Source: Curvularia clavata
Taxonomy: Eukaryota
DNA: 64,000 bases
Direction of reading: 5' to 3'
Assembly (NCBI GenBank): GCA_023920165.1
Contig: CP089275.1
Location: 930,001 to 994,000, forward strand
In this document: positions 1 to 10,424 of the stretch, in pieces
How positions within the stretch are numbered: the first letter of the stretch is position 1
How the letters are laid out: the number at the start of each line of letters is the position of its first letter
The notes under the pieces: generated by a model
Database searches by the model: none
Told to the model about the DNA's origin: nothing
Seen by the model: the letters and a program-made list of their open reading frames with translations, nothing else
Made by a program: the position numbers and the translations under genes

Positions 1-1035
1 AGATCTCCACCACCCGTGTGTCTAGGGACGGCACTGGGCTGCACAGCACTGAGGGCTGCATTGTTGCCATCGGCCTCGTCGCCAACTGCATTGCCATCTG
101 CTGCTCGAGCCGCCCGCCGCCGCTGCTGCAAATTCGCTCCGGCCCGTCGACGCAGCAGCAGCAGCTGTTGCTTGCCTGCCCGCCTGCTTGCTTGCTTGCG
201 TGCGTGCGTGCTTCCCTCGCCAGCCGGGCGGCCAGCCGGGCAGCCAGCCAGCCAGCCCAGGCCCGCGCGCATCGGAACAACTTGGCAGCGACGCCGGGCG
301 CGGGCAGGGATTGGTCGCGCCTTCTCTTGCGAGCAAGCGGGCAGCAACAGACTGCGGGGCGGGGCGTGCGCTGCTCGCCTGTCCACGGCTGCCCTCTTAG
401 CTGCGGCCTGCCTGCTGTCGAGCGCTGCAGAGAATCCTGCAGCACTGCCGACGACAACGAACGACTTCGATTCTCCACACCCTCTCCCTCACTCTCGTCG
501 CCTTTGCACGCAAAAGAAGCCCTCTGCTCGTGAGTACTGCATCCGTATCCATATCCATACCCATACCCATATCCCTCCCCTGCCCACTCCCTCCCCGCCG
601 GACTCGCCACCTGCGTTTCCCGTGCACCCTCGCCTATCGCTCCTGCGCCCTCTCTGGTTGGGCCACGCCCAGCACTAGCTGCCAAAGTCACATCCCAACC
701 ACCTCCGCCTCTAAACCTCCGCCTCCCCACCGCAGTCTGCGAAGAAGCCCTTCGCTCGTTCTCTCTGGCTGCACACTCCCCCCCACCCCTTCTACCCCCT
801 CTCCCCCCCAATAGACTGTCGCTTGTCCCTTTGCACAAAAGCTCCCTGCTCTTCTGCCGCTGCTTCGTCCTCTCCGCGCCGCTGCAGCCTCTCGACTGAC
901 ACGCGTGTGTCGCGTAGTCTTATTCTTGCACTTGCAGCCGCTATCGCTATCGATACTGCTTGACCCGCATCCCCCCCAAGCGCGACGACGTTACGACTGT
1001 TTACGACAACATTGCTCCCAGACGACCCCAAACAC

Positions 1036-1113
1036 ATGTTTCTGGCATTCGCAGTCCGATTCCGCTATTCTTCCAGGCCGGCTTTTGTCAATTCCCACCT
1101 TTGCGTCTTCTGA
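1036..1113 (+). promoter_or_regulatory. Sole upstream ORF in the stuA upstream region (MFLAFAVRFRYSSRPAFVNSHLCVF*)
   Basis: The only ATG found on the + strand in 1-1982; ends at TGA 1111-1113. Leader micro-ORF regulation is known for Aspergillus nidulans stuA. Confidence 0.5.
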
Positions 1114-1517
1114 TCCCACACCCCCCAAAAAGCATTTGTCGACGACCAGCCCTTCTCTGCTTTACGACTGCAACGACGTAACGACCAGCTTTTCCCCCCT
1201 CCAGCATTGTTTGCAGCGTTCCACTTGATCCAGCAGCTTCCCGCGCCCATAGCCTATTTCTCTCCCCCACATCGGTTCGCAGCCAAGCCATCCTGGTCAG
1301 TATTCCCCCCGAAGCCAACTTCGCTCTCTTCTTGCCTACCTCTGTGCACACCCTCTGCAGCCAATCCACCACCACCTTTGCCTCTGCTAGCAATCAACTA
1401 ACTGGCCCTTCCAGATTATTCGCTCCGCCAACCTCTTGCCGCTACCTGCAGCCACGAGCGAGCCATCATCCTGCCGAACACGCCTGTGTGCAGCTGCGCT
1501 TTCATCTGGACGACTGA

Positions 1518-1982
1518 CTCGGCAATCTTTTCCAAGAAGCGCTCGACGTCCGACCCCAACAACCACATTTTCGACATCCCCTCAATACCGTAAAGCTGGA
1601 GCTCCCATCGATCTCGTCGGTCCACGCCCGCGGCCCTGCTGACTCTTGGTACCCATCCCATTACGCACCCAAGCCTGCCACCTCCAGCGAACGTCTACCA
1701 GCCCTGCCCCAGATTCAGTCGCACCCAAGCTCGTCGTCAAGCTCGTCGTCACCTCGCGGTGATTCCATCAGTTCTGGTTCGGTCACTGGCGGAAGCGCCA
1801 GCTCCAATACGTCGTACGCCGCGTCCGTCAACGGGCACACCACCGGCTTCAAGACGCCTTCCCCAAAGCACGCCCCCCAGGACCTCAGGCGAGACTCCCA
1901 CTCCCTCAACGTCCAGTCGGTCCAAAGCTCTCCCTTTGGCTCTCAGGAGGGATACAGTTTTGCTCCCGGCGGCTACAACAGC
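1518..1982 (+). other. stuA: AUG-less in-frame N-terminal extension of StuA (155 open codons; candidate CUG start at 1596)
   Basis: Frame open from TGA 1515-1517 to ATG 1983; reads KLELPSISSVHARGPADSWYPSHYAPKPATSSERLPALPQ...GFKTPSPKH...GGYNS-M. CTG 1596-1598 has A at -3 and G at +4. Confidence 0.6.
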
Positions 1983-4094
1983 ATGAACCAGATGCAATCG
2001 TATGCTGACGTGCATCAACCCCACATGGCTACTGCTGCTCACGCCCCAGCTTCGGCCCCTCCCTCGGGCCTGTCGCATTATTCCTATCCACCACAACCTT
2101 CAATGATGCAGTCGCAACATCAATATAGCCAAGGTCCGCCTGGCGGCTACCCTCCATACGGCTATGCTGGTGGAGTCCCCTCGCAAATTCCGGCTTCTTC
2201 ATCCATGAACCAGGCCATGGTACCATCTACTCTTCAACTACCAGGTTAGTTTTTGTCCTTCTATCCCTCTCTCTAGCATACAACAAGTAAGCCTAACATG
2301 TACAAGCAATGTCTTCTGGCGCGCCGGCTTCGTCACTACCGGGCTCTCAAAGCTACCAGACCCAGACATTCGACCACACTGGTCAAGTTGCTCCTCCAGG
2401 AATGAAGCCACGTGTGACTGCCACGCTCTGGGAAGACGAAGGCAGTCTTTGCTTCCAGGTCGAGGCCAAGGGTGTTTGCGTTGCCCGTCGTGAGGGTGAG
2501 TCAAAATGGGTTGATTCGGTAGGGAAACCAGACGAACTAACAACTAGCAGACAATCACATGATCAACGGCACCAAGCTCCTCAATGTTGCCGGCATGACA
2601 CGAGGCCGACGAGACGGCATTCTCAAGAGCGAGAAGACACGTCATGTTGTCAAGATCGGTCCTATGCACCTGAAGGGTGTCTGGTTAGTTTTGTCTTGTA
2701 CCTCTCTTCTTATGATGATGATCACTAATTCTCTTGTCAGGATTCCCTTTGAGCGAGCCCTCGAGTTCGCCAACAAGGAGAAGATCACAGAGCAGTTGTA
2801 CCCTCTGTTTGTCCATGACATTGGTGCACTGCTTTATCATCCGTCGAATCAGACGAGGTCAAGTGTAGGAAGCGCTGCCATGGCTGCTGTAGACCGCAAC
2901 CGAAGACCTGACCCTATGCAGACTCATCAGCGATACCTCTCTGGACCAGCGGCATCGCAACCTCCGTCGCTACACCACCATCACTCGATGAGCAACCCCA
3001 TTGGCGCTGCCATCTCGCAGCCTCCGCACGCCATTCAGCCTCATCCTTCCTCGGGCCGTCCAGGAATTGATCGAGCCCACACCTTCCCAACGCCTCCCAC
3101 GAGCGCTTCGAGCATCATGGGCATGGGAAATCAGGGAAGCTCTTACGAATGGAACGGCAGCAATGTCCAGAACCCCCAGGGTGGACAGCCGCTGTCTATT
3201 GATACAGGACTCAGCAATGCTCGCTCCGTACCCACGACGCCTGCTAGCACGCCCCCAGGAGCTGTCCAACAAGGCATGCCCTATGCATCCGGACAGAGCT
3301 TCGATGGCTCTCGGCCCATGTATTCCGGTCCTCCTTCCCAGCCCGGCCAGTACGCCCAGGGCCAGCCAATGATGGGTTACCGCCAGGATGGCTCCTACCC
3401 AAAGACCGAGATGGCACCGCCATCCCGCATCACCGAAGTGAACGATGAAGGTGAGGTCAAGCAGCCCGACGGAATGATGCCCCAAGGTCACGAGCAAGTT
3501 GCTCCACCTCCACAAGGCGGTGAAGGTGAACAACACCACGACGGCGAGTACACACACTCCAATAATTCCTACAATGGCAACCGTGGACCGTACGGATACC
3601 CATCCAATGGCCCTTCTGGAGCCATGCACCCTGATCATCCTCATCTCTCTCCAGAGATGACGGGCTCGCCCCATCAAAATGGCTCCGGACGTGCCACACC
3701 CCGTTCGGCTGCAACTGGCCAGCCTCAGTGGTCCTCGGGTTACCCCACTCCCCAGCGCCAGCCACCGCCTTCCAGCAACCTTTACAACGTGATGAGCGAC
3801 CCCCGTGGCGCATCCAATGGCAATGCCGGCCATGACGCCTACCAAGGCCCTGGTACCGTACCTCAGTACGCCACTCAAGGGTATCCTCCTTCCAATGGCG
3901 TAAACTCTGGTAAGCGCGGTCGCGACGACGAAGAAGAAGACCCCTACCGCCCTGATAGCGTTCAAGGAGACGACATGGGTGGTCTTAAGCGACGCAAGAC
4001 CCTCGAAGGCGGTGCCGTCGGTGGACCTTACGCTGATCCTTCTCCTGGCCTCCAGCGCGCGCACACCATGTCAGCCCAGCGACCCAGGCGATAA
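1983..4094 (+). CDS. stuA: APSES-family developmental transcription factor StuA/Asm-1 (~645 aa from first AUG)
   Basis: APSES domain [59 protein letters not shown]...[25 protein letters not shown], plus the [14 protein letters not shown] motif. Introns 2245-2306, 2496-2550, 2684-2740 restore one frame. Confidence 0.96.
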
Positions 4095-4429
4095 TCAAAG
4101 ACTTTGCACATTGCACGGGTGGTCAGTTGCCGTTTAATTGGCTTAGAAGGTGGATTGGCCTCGGTACACAGCGATTTTCTTGGCATCAAGTGAGCGGTTC
4201 TCTTTCAGCAGCATTGCAACATCCAACTACGACAATCTCGCCCGTCGGCGTCTCTTCAACCAGCACCAAACTAGTCGAGATTGTGTGCAAACGCCCAAGT
4301 TCGCTCTCTTATATTTCCTTGTGTCTACGTTCTTTCCAGGGTTTTGTCTCCTATCTACATTTCTGCTCCTCTCGGCATTCACGACTTAACGACCATTTTG
4401 CTTCGTGGAACCAACTGTTCCGACACACC

Positions 4430-4461
4430 ATGTCTAGAGGCTCCATGGATCCTCTAGACAT
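4430..4461. repeat. Near-perfect 32-bp palindrome downstream of stuA (probable 3' UTR)
   Basis: ATGTCTAGAGG-C-TCCATGGA-T-CCTCTAGACAT; one mismatched pair. Confidence 0.85.
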
Positions 4462-5686
4462 ATGACTTTTGCATACGGCATGAGCGCGTGCAAGTCTTGT
4501 ACATTCTACAGTCGCCTGGTTTTTTCTTTTCATTTGCAAACTCTCGAGGATCTGGGGAAAAAGACATGTTGATGTTGCAGAGTGTACCGCTGCAATGCCA
4601 CGTCAGTACGGTCTCCACTCTACGTGCGCCCATTCCACCACTGTTAATATGGAAAGCACTTACGTGGTTATACGGCGGACGACGCGAGCAAGGCATCTTC
4701 ATCTCCTTTCTTCTACTTCACAACCAAGAGTCCGCCACGTTGGACAAAAAATGCGGGCGCACACGAATTTGATGTTTACGCAATGATGATCTTTGTTTGG
4801 CGGGCATCGTATTCAGAGAGGAAGTTTTCAACGCCTTTGTGTTTTTCTAGCTAAGGCGGTCTAATGGGGCTGCCCATGAGCATACAAGGGCGAAGGTGGC
4901 CGCTGGACTCATGTTGGATATTTTTGTTGAAAGACACGGAAGGAAAGGTTCGGCTTTGGTGTTTTATTTTTTTGTTTCAATGAGCCGGCGATAGGGAAAC
5001 TTTTATGACGTTAATGAGGGAATTAAAAGCTCGTTTTGCATTGACGCCCATGACATTGTTGGATTGTGATGTTCTCTTCTCCCGTCCTCGTCTGTGCACC
5101 TTGTCTTTGGGCAGCCACGCAAGCCCAACTAGCAGCAAAACACTTATGAAGACGTGGAAATGAGGTTTGCATTATGAGCTGGTCTCAACAGGTGAGGCTG
5201 CAAGACCTTTCTCGGGCAAGTCCATGTTGCACAGAAGCCCAGACTCGCACAACCTAAGGCGTCAGTCTTACTAGCTAGCGGGTGCTGAGTGAGGTGGCAG
5301 TGGACACCGCCTTAACGGGCTAGGGATCCATGAGGCGGGCCCGGGCATCGAGGCCCCAAATGTGTCGGTGAAAGGCATGGAGAAGAGGTAACAGACTGGC
5401 ATACAGACTTGTGATTATAGATGAGGCGTAAGCGTAGTAGCAAGCAGCAGCCTAACGCAGGGCTGTACACGTGACGTGCATACGCAAGCCGACAAACAAG
5501 AGATCAGGCGGCTACCCCTCGGGCTTTGGCCGTCCGCCCCACTTCGTTCGTCATTGGCAAAACAAGAGAAGCACGAACTGCGCAACGGCATCGAGGCTGA
5601 GCCAGGCAGTCAATTTGCCGCCTAGTATATCCTTTCTTCCGCACCCGCCTTTCCCCTGCTGATTTGTTCTTCTGTACATCGCCATC

Positions 5687-7820
5687 ATGAACATTATCAA
5701 GCTGCAAAAGTACGTCGCCCGCACGACTCGTTTCCCTGCCCCTCCGCTCGCTTCCACGGTTGCTAACATGACATTGCAAACAGGAAGTATCCCCAATTCG
5801 AGCAGGGCGAGATCTTCGGCCTGCAAGATGCTTTCCGCAAGCTCGATGTCGACGACAAGGGCTACCTCGACGAGGCAACAGTCATCAAGGCCACACAGCA
5901 GTCGGAGCACCAGCCGTACGATGTTGTGCGACAAGCCCTGAAAGAGGTCGAGCTCGACTCTTCAAGAAGAGTAGAGCTTGACGACTATGTAGATGTAGGC
6001 AGCGCGACACACTGGACGTCATTTGGAAGCTGACCCGTCGTAGCTCATCGCCAAACTGCGAGTCTCGTCTCCTGCTCAGCAACGCATGTCTACCGGCCCA
6101 ACCCGCCCACGGGCCGGCACTGCCACGAGCGTCAACTCCCCCTCCAACCCAGGACATGCTTCCAAGGGCAGCTTGGGAGGTGGCAGGATCCAAGTGCAGG
6201 GCTCGTCTGCCAACGTTACCCACACCATCAACGAAGATGAGCGAACCGAGTTTACGCGCCATATCAACGCTGTCCTTGCCGGCGACCCAGATATCGGCGA
6301 CCGCCTGCCTTTCCCGACCGACACTTTTGAAATGTTCGACGCTTGTAAGGACGGTTTGGTCTTGTCCAAACTCATCAACGACAGTGTGCCAGATACCATT
6401 GATGAGCGTGTATTGAACAAGCCGGGAAAGAAGATCAAGGCGCTGAACAACTTCCACTTTACCGAGAATAACAACATTGTTATTGAGTCGGCAAAGGGTA
6501 TTGGATGCTCTGTTGTGAACATTGGCAGTGGAGACATTATCGAGGTGCGAGAGCACTTGATTTTGGGTCTCATCTGGCAGATCATCAGGAGAGGTCTGTT
6601 AGGAAAGATTGATATCAAGCTGCACCCAGAGCTTTACAGGCTATTGGAAGACGATGAGACCCTGGAGCAATTCTTGCGCCTGCCTCCAGAGCAGATCCTG
6701 CTAAGGTGGTTCAACTACCACCTGAAGAATGCCAAGTGGCACAGGACGTGAGTTTTGACTTGATCTGACTTTCACACCGGTAGCCGCTAACATTTGCAGT
6801 GTTACCAACTTCTCCACTGATGTCAAAGACGGCGAGAACTACACTGTCCTCCTTAACCAATTAGCTCCCGAAACCTGCTCCCGCTCCCCGCTCCAGCAGA
6901 CCGACCTTCTTCAGCGCGCGGAGATGGTCCTACAGAACGCTGACGCACTTGATTGCCGCAAGTTCCTTACTCCCACTTCGCTCGTGGCCGGTAACCCCAA
7001 GCTCAACTTGGCCTTTGTCGCAAACCTGTTCAACACGCACCCTTGCCTCGACCCCATCACAGAAGAGGAGAAGGCTGAAATTGACGATTTCGACGCGGCA
7101 GGCGAGCGTGAGGCTCGCGTCTTCACTCTCTGGCTCAACTCTCTCGACGTCAAGCCAGTCGTGCAATCTTTCTACGAAGACCTCAAAGATGGAACCGTCA
7201 TTCTCCAAGCATACGACAAGGTCATTCCAGGCAGTGTCAACTGGCGCCACGTGAACCAGCCTCGCGAAGGCCAGGAGCTGATGCGCTTCAAGGCTCTCGA
7301 GAACACAAACTACGCTGTCGAGTTGGGCAAGCACAACCAATTCTCTCTGCCCGGTATCCAGGGTGCTGATATCACCGATGGTCAACGCACTCTTACTTTG
7401 GGTCTCGTCTGGCAGCTCATGCGCAAGGATATCGTTTCGACGCTCAACGGCCTCGCCCAGCAACTCGGCAAGCGTGAAATCTCCGACACAGACATGATCA
7501 AGTGGGCCAACGACATGGCACGAAAGGGCGGCAAGGGTACCCAAATCCGCTCTTTCAAGGACACTTCGCTCAGCAACGCCATCTTCCTGCTCGACGTCCT
7601 CGCCGGCATGAAGCCCGCCTACGTCGACTACGACCTCGTCGCCCCTGGCCGCAACGACGACGAATGCTACCAGAACGCCAAGCTGGCTATTAGTATCGCG
7701 CGAAAGATGGGTGCTACCATTTGGCTCGTACCAGATGATATCGTTGCTGTACAGAGCAGGCTTATCACTACTTTTATTGGTAGTTTGATGGCTACGGCGG
7801 AGAAGAAGGGTGCACAGTAA
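5687..7820 (+). CDS. SAC6: Fimbrin (actin-bundling protein: EF-hand-like N-terminus plus four calponin-homology domains)
   Basis: HTINEDERTEFTRHIN, LILGLIWQIIRRGLL, GNPKLNLAFVANLFN, GEREARVFTLWLNSL, NAKLAISIARKMGATIWLVP. Introns 5710-5783, 5995-6043, 6748-6799. Confidence 0.96.
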
Positions 7821-9605
7821 GAAGGCACATGTCTGATGATGTCGTTTATCAATTTTTTTTTCTCTTTCCTTTATCCAAAGCCTCGGTGAAATGTGGGAGA
7901 CGCATGTTGCAACCCGTTTTGATTTGCTGTAAAGCGTATGAGCGGTGGGGAAGGCAAGCGTCCATTTCTTGAGATGAGGCTTTTTTTTATACAGTAGCCA
8001 ATGAGAAAAAGAATTAGCTTTTTGTTTTATATTCGTGTCGAAGTGTTGTGTTAGTAGTTGAAGCTGATGATGTGGGTGCTGCCTTGGGTCTGTGATATAC
8101 TCTCGTCAACCCAGTGTCTGGATTGTATTCTTTCCCTAGCTTTGTTGCATACCCTCGCCACATGCCGTTTTCTTATGTCAGTATTAGGGCAGCTCGGGAA
8201 ACTTTCTGACATCTTTGTTTCTCCTTTAGTGAGACCGTACAGACTCGAAGATATAACAGGAAAAGCCCAGAGAAAGAAACCCATGTATTATCGCTAGTAT
8301 CAGAAGTCCAACAGACCAAGTTCTCTCACCTTCCTGCGCGTATTCACACGTACACATATTTCCCTATCCCCTCTACACTCTCCCCCGTTGTTATTGATAA
8401 TCTAGATCCTGTAGTACACATCTCTTCTTTCGTCCGCTAATAGTCTCTATGATACTTATAGCTAGTCTACTTACCTGCTTCACACACTCACTCACCCATA
8501 TGCATCCTTCTCGATCAATCTATCCACTACACTTCTTCACAGTCAAGACCAATCAAGCCAAGTCGTACTTCTCCTCTTTCGCATTACAACTAAACTCTTA
8601 CATCCTACTTACCCATTTTCCCCAGCGACCAGAAACCCTGCCTATCTGTTTTCTCGCGCTCGCTACACAGATAACAGCGAACAAATACGGAAAAAAAACA
8701 AGACATGAGCAGCTTCTTCGCGTAAGAGCAAGTGCCTGAGCAAGGAAAGTGTTAAAACTAGGTTTTCAAGATGGTGGAAAATTCTGCTGAAGAGAAACAA
8801 AGCGAAGGTGAGGTTTTTAAAAGACAATGGTGATTCAAGTCAATGTTGAGGTAGGCGCGAGAGAGAGGAGACGCCGCAAAAAAAAAAGGCGAAATCAATT
8901 CCCAAGTCCCTAAGACACTACACTACACGGTAGGAAAACAAGCCTTGACATTTGTAATGCAAATGCACAACTTGAGCCACAAGAGGTGAATAATATATGT
9001 GCCTGGTTTTATACATGGCCGCCAATAGGCGAGAAAACAAGAAAGAGCCCACACACACACATGCACGACAGCGGAGCGGGTCGCATCAGAGTGTCCACTC
9101 TACGATGTACATACCAAACCCGTGGAGAACCCAAAAAAAAACGTGGGGCAAGTAGCCGACGGGCGCTTGCAGGGGGAGAAGCTAGGGGAGCTTTAAGCTA
9201 CCGAGGAGACCCAGCATGAAGATCAAGCTTGACAAGAGACAACATCACACGATAGACAACACGTTGAGGCAAACATTGGGAGAACATTGTAAAAAAGACG
9301 CAATTCATTAACTATCCACACACGTAGCACCGGTAAATTCATCACACAACCAAGCAGATATACACAAGACCCAAGCCAACCGAAGTGTCGAGACACCATG
9401 AGAAAGCTCAAGCCAAGTGCAATGCTACCATGTTGAGCAAGCATGCAAAAAGTTATGAACACATTTATAAGACATAGTGGTCATGAGGAAACAAACGCCC
9501 AAGTAGAGTTGATTAGAGAACGTTTGGATAAGACCTGATGAAATGTTAGATGACAAGAGGCAAAGGCATGGATGAAGGAAGGGACATACCATTGAGTAAA
9601 GGCAT

Positions 9606-10424
9606 CTACAACCTGGAGCCGTGGACAACCTTGTAGTCGACAGCCATCTCCATACCATCGTCGTTGATGACGAGGATGCGGACGCTGCCACGGCCGTTGT
9701 CAAAGGCCTCTGTCAGGCGGGAGAGGAGACCAGACTGGTCAAGGACAGGGAGGCCCTGCTTGACATCACCGCCCTCGGTCATGGCAACAACGCGACCATC
9801 CTCACGGATGTCGAGAACACGGTACTGCTTGAAGACAGGACCAAGCATGTTCTGGACAACAACGGAGGGAGCCGGGTTGGAGATGAAGCTGGACTCCTCA
9901 TGGAGCTGCTTGGTGAAGAGGTCAACACCGAGGTAGCGGTGCTGGCCAGTCTGGGAGGAGGTGGTGATGCGGATGACCTGGCAAGGGCGGCCCTGAAGGA
10001 TCAGGAGATCGCCAATGCGGATGTGGTGGCAGGGGATGGTGATGGTGTTGGCGGTAGACATCTTGCGGACTGAGCGAGCAGGAACTGGCGCGGTTGCGAG
10101 AGAGGTAGAGATAGGTGCAGGTGCGACGTGGGCTGGTCGGGGAGCAGGGGCAGAGCTGTGGACGCGAACGACACGCTCAACAGGGACTCCGGATTGGACG
10201 GGACGGGCAGGGGTAACGGTGGGAGTAGTAGAGTAGTACTTCTCCTTGACGATTACCTCTTCGCGTTGGTCGTCGTACTTGGCACCAGCAAAAGAGTGCT
10301 CGTGCGAGTGGTGGTGGCGGTGAGGGTGGATGGGGTGCTGAACGCGGTCGGCTACCTTGTGTGCGGCGTTGGAGATTCCTTGACGAAACGAATGGTACTT
10401 GCCCTCGTTGTCGTAATATCCCAT
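9606..10424 (-). CDS. hex1: Woronin body major protein HEX1 (AUG-initiated form, 272 aa), eIF5A-like fold, PTS1 -SRL
   Basis: MGYYDNEG start, TIPCHHIRIGDLLILQGRPCQVIRITTS, HRYLGVDLFTKQLHEESSF, C-terminal VVHGSRL. Confidence 0.97.
   Translation of the reverse strand: MGYYDNEGKYHSFRQGISNAAHKVADRVQHPIHPHRHHHSHEHSFAGAKYDDQREEVIVKEKYYSTTPTVTPARPVQSGVPVERVVRVHSSAPAPRPAHVAPAPISTSLATAPVPARSVRKMSTANTITIPCHHIRIGDLLILQGRPCQVIRITTSSQTGQHRYLGVDLFTKQLHEESSFISNPAPSVVVQNMLGPVFKQYRVLDIREDGRVVAMTEGGDVKQGLPVLDQSGLLSRLTEAFDNGRGSVRILVINDDGMEMAVDYKVVHGSRL

Noticed and set aside
16..678. ORFs of 220 and 171 aa at the window start
   Set aside because: No ATG; GC-rich, low-complexity translations typical of promoter or leader DNA.
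901..915. ACGCGT and TCGCGT (MCB/StuA-site-like) upstream of stuA
   Set aside because: Do not match the full StuA response consensus; short motifs are expected by chance in GC-rich DNA.
2970..4064. 364-aa antisense ORF over stuA
   Set aside because: Shadow of sense-strand codon bias; no recognisable motifs.
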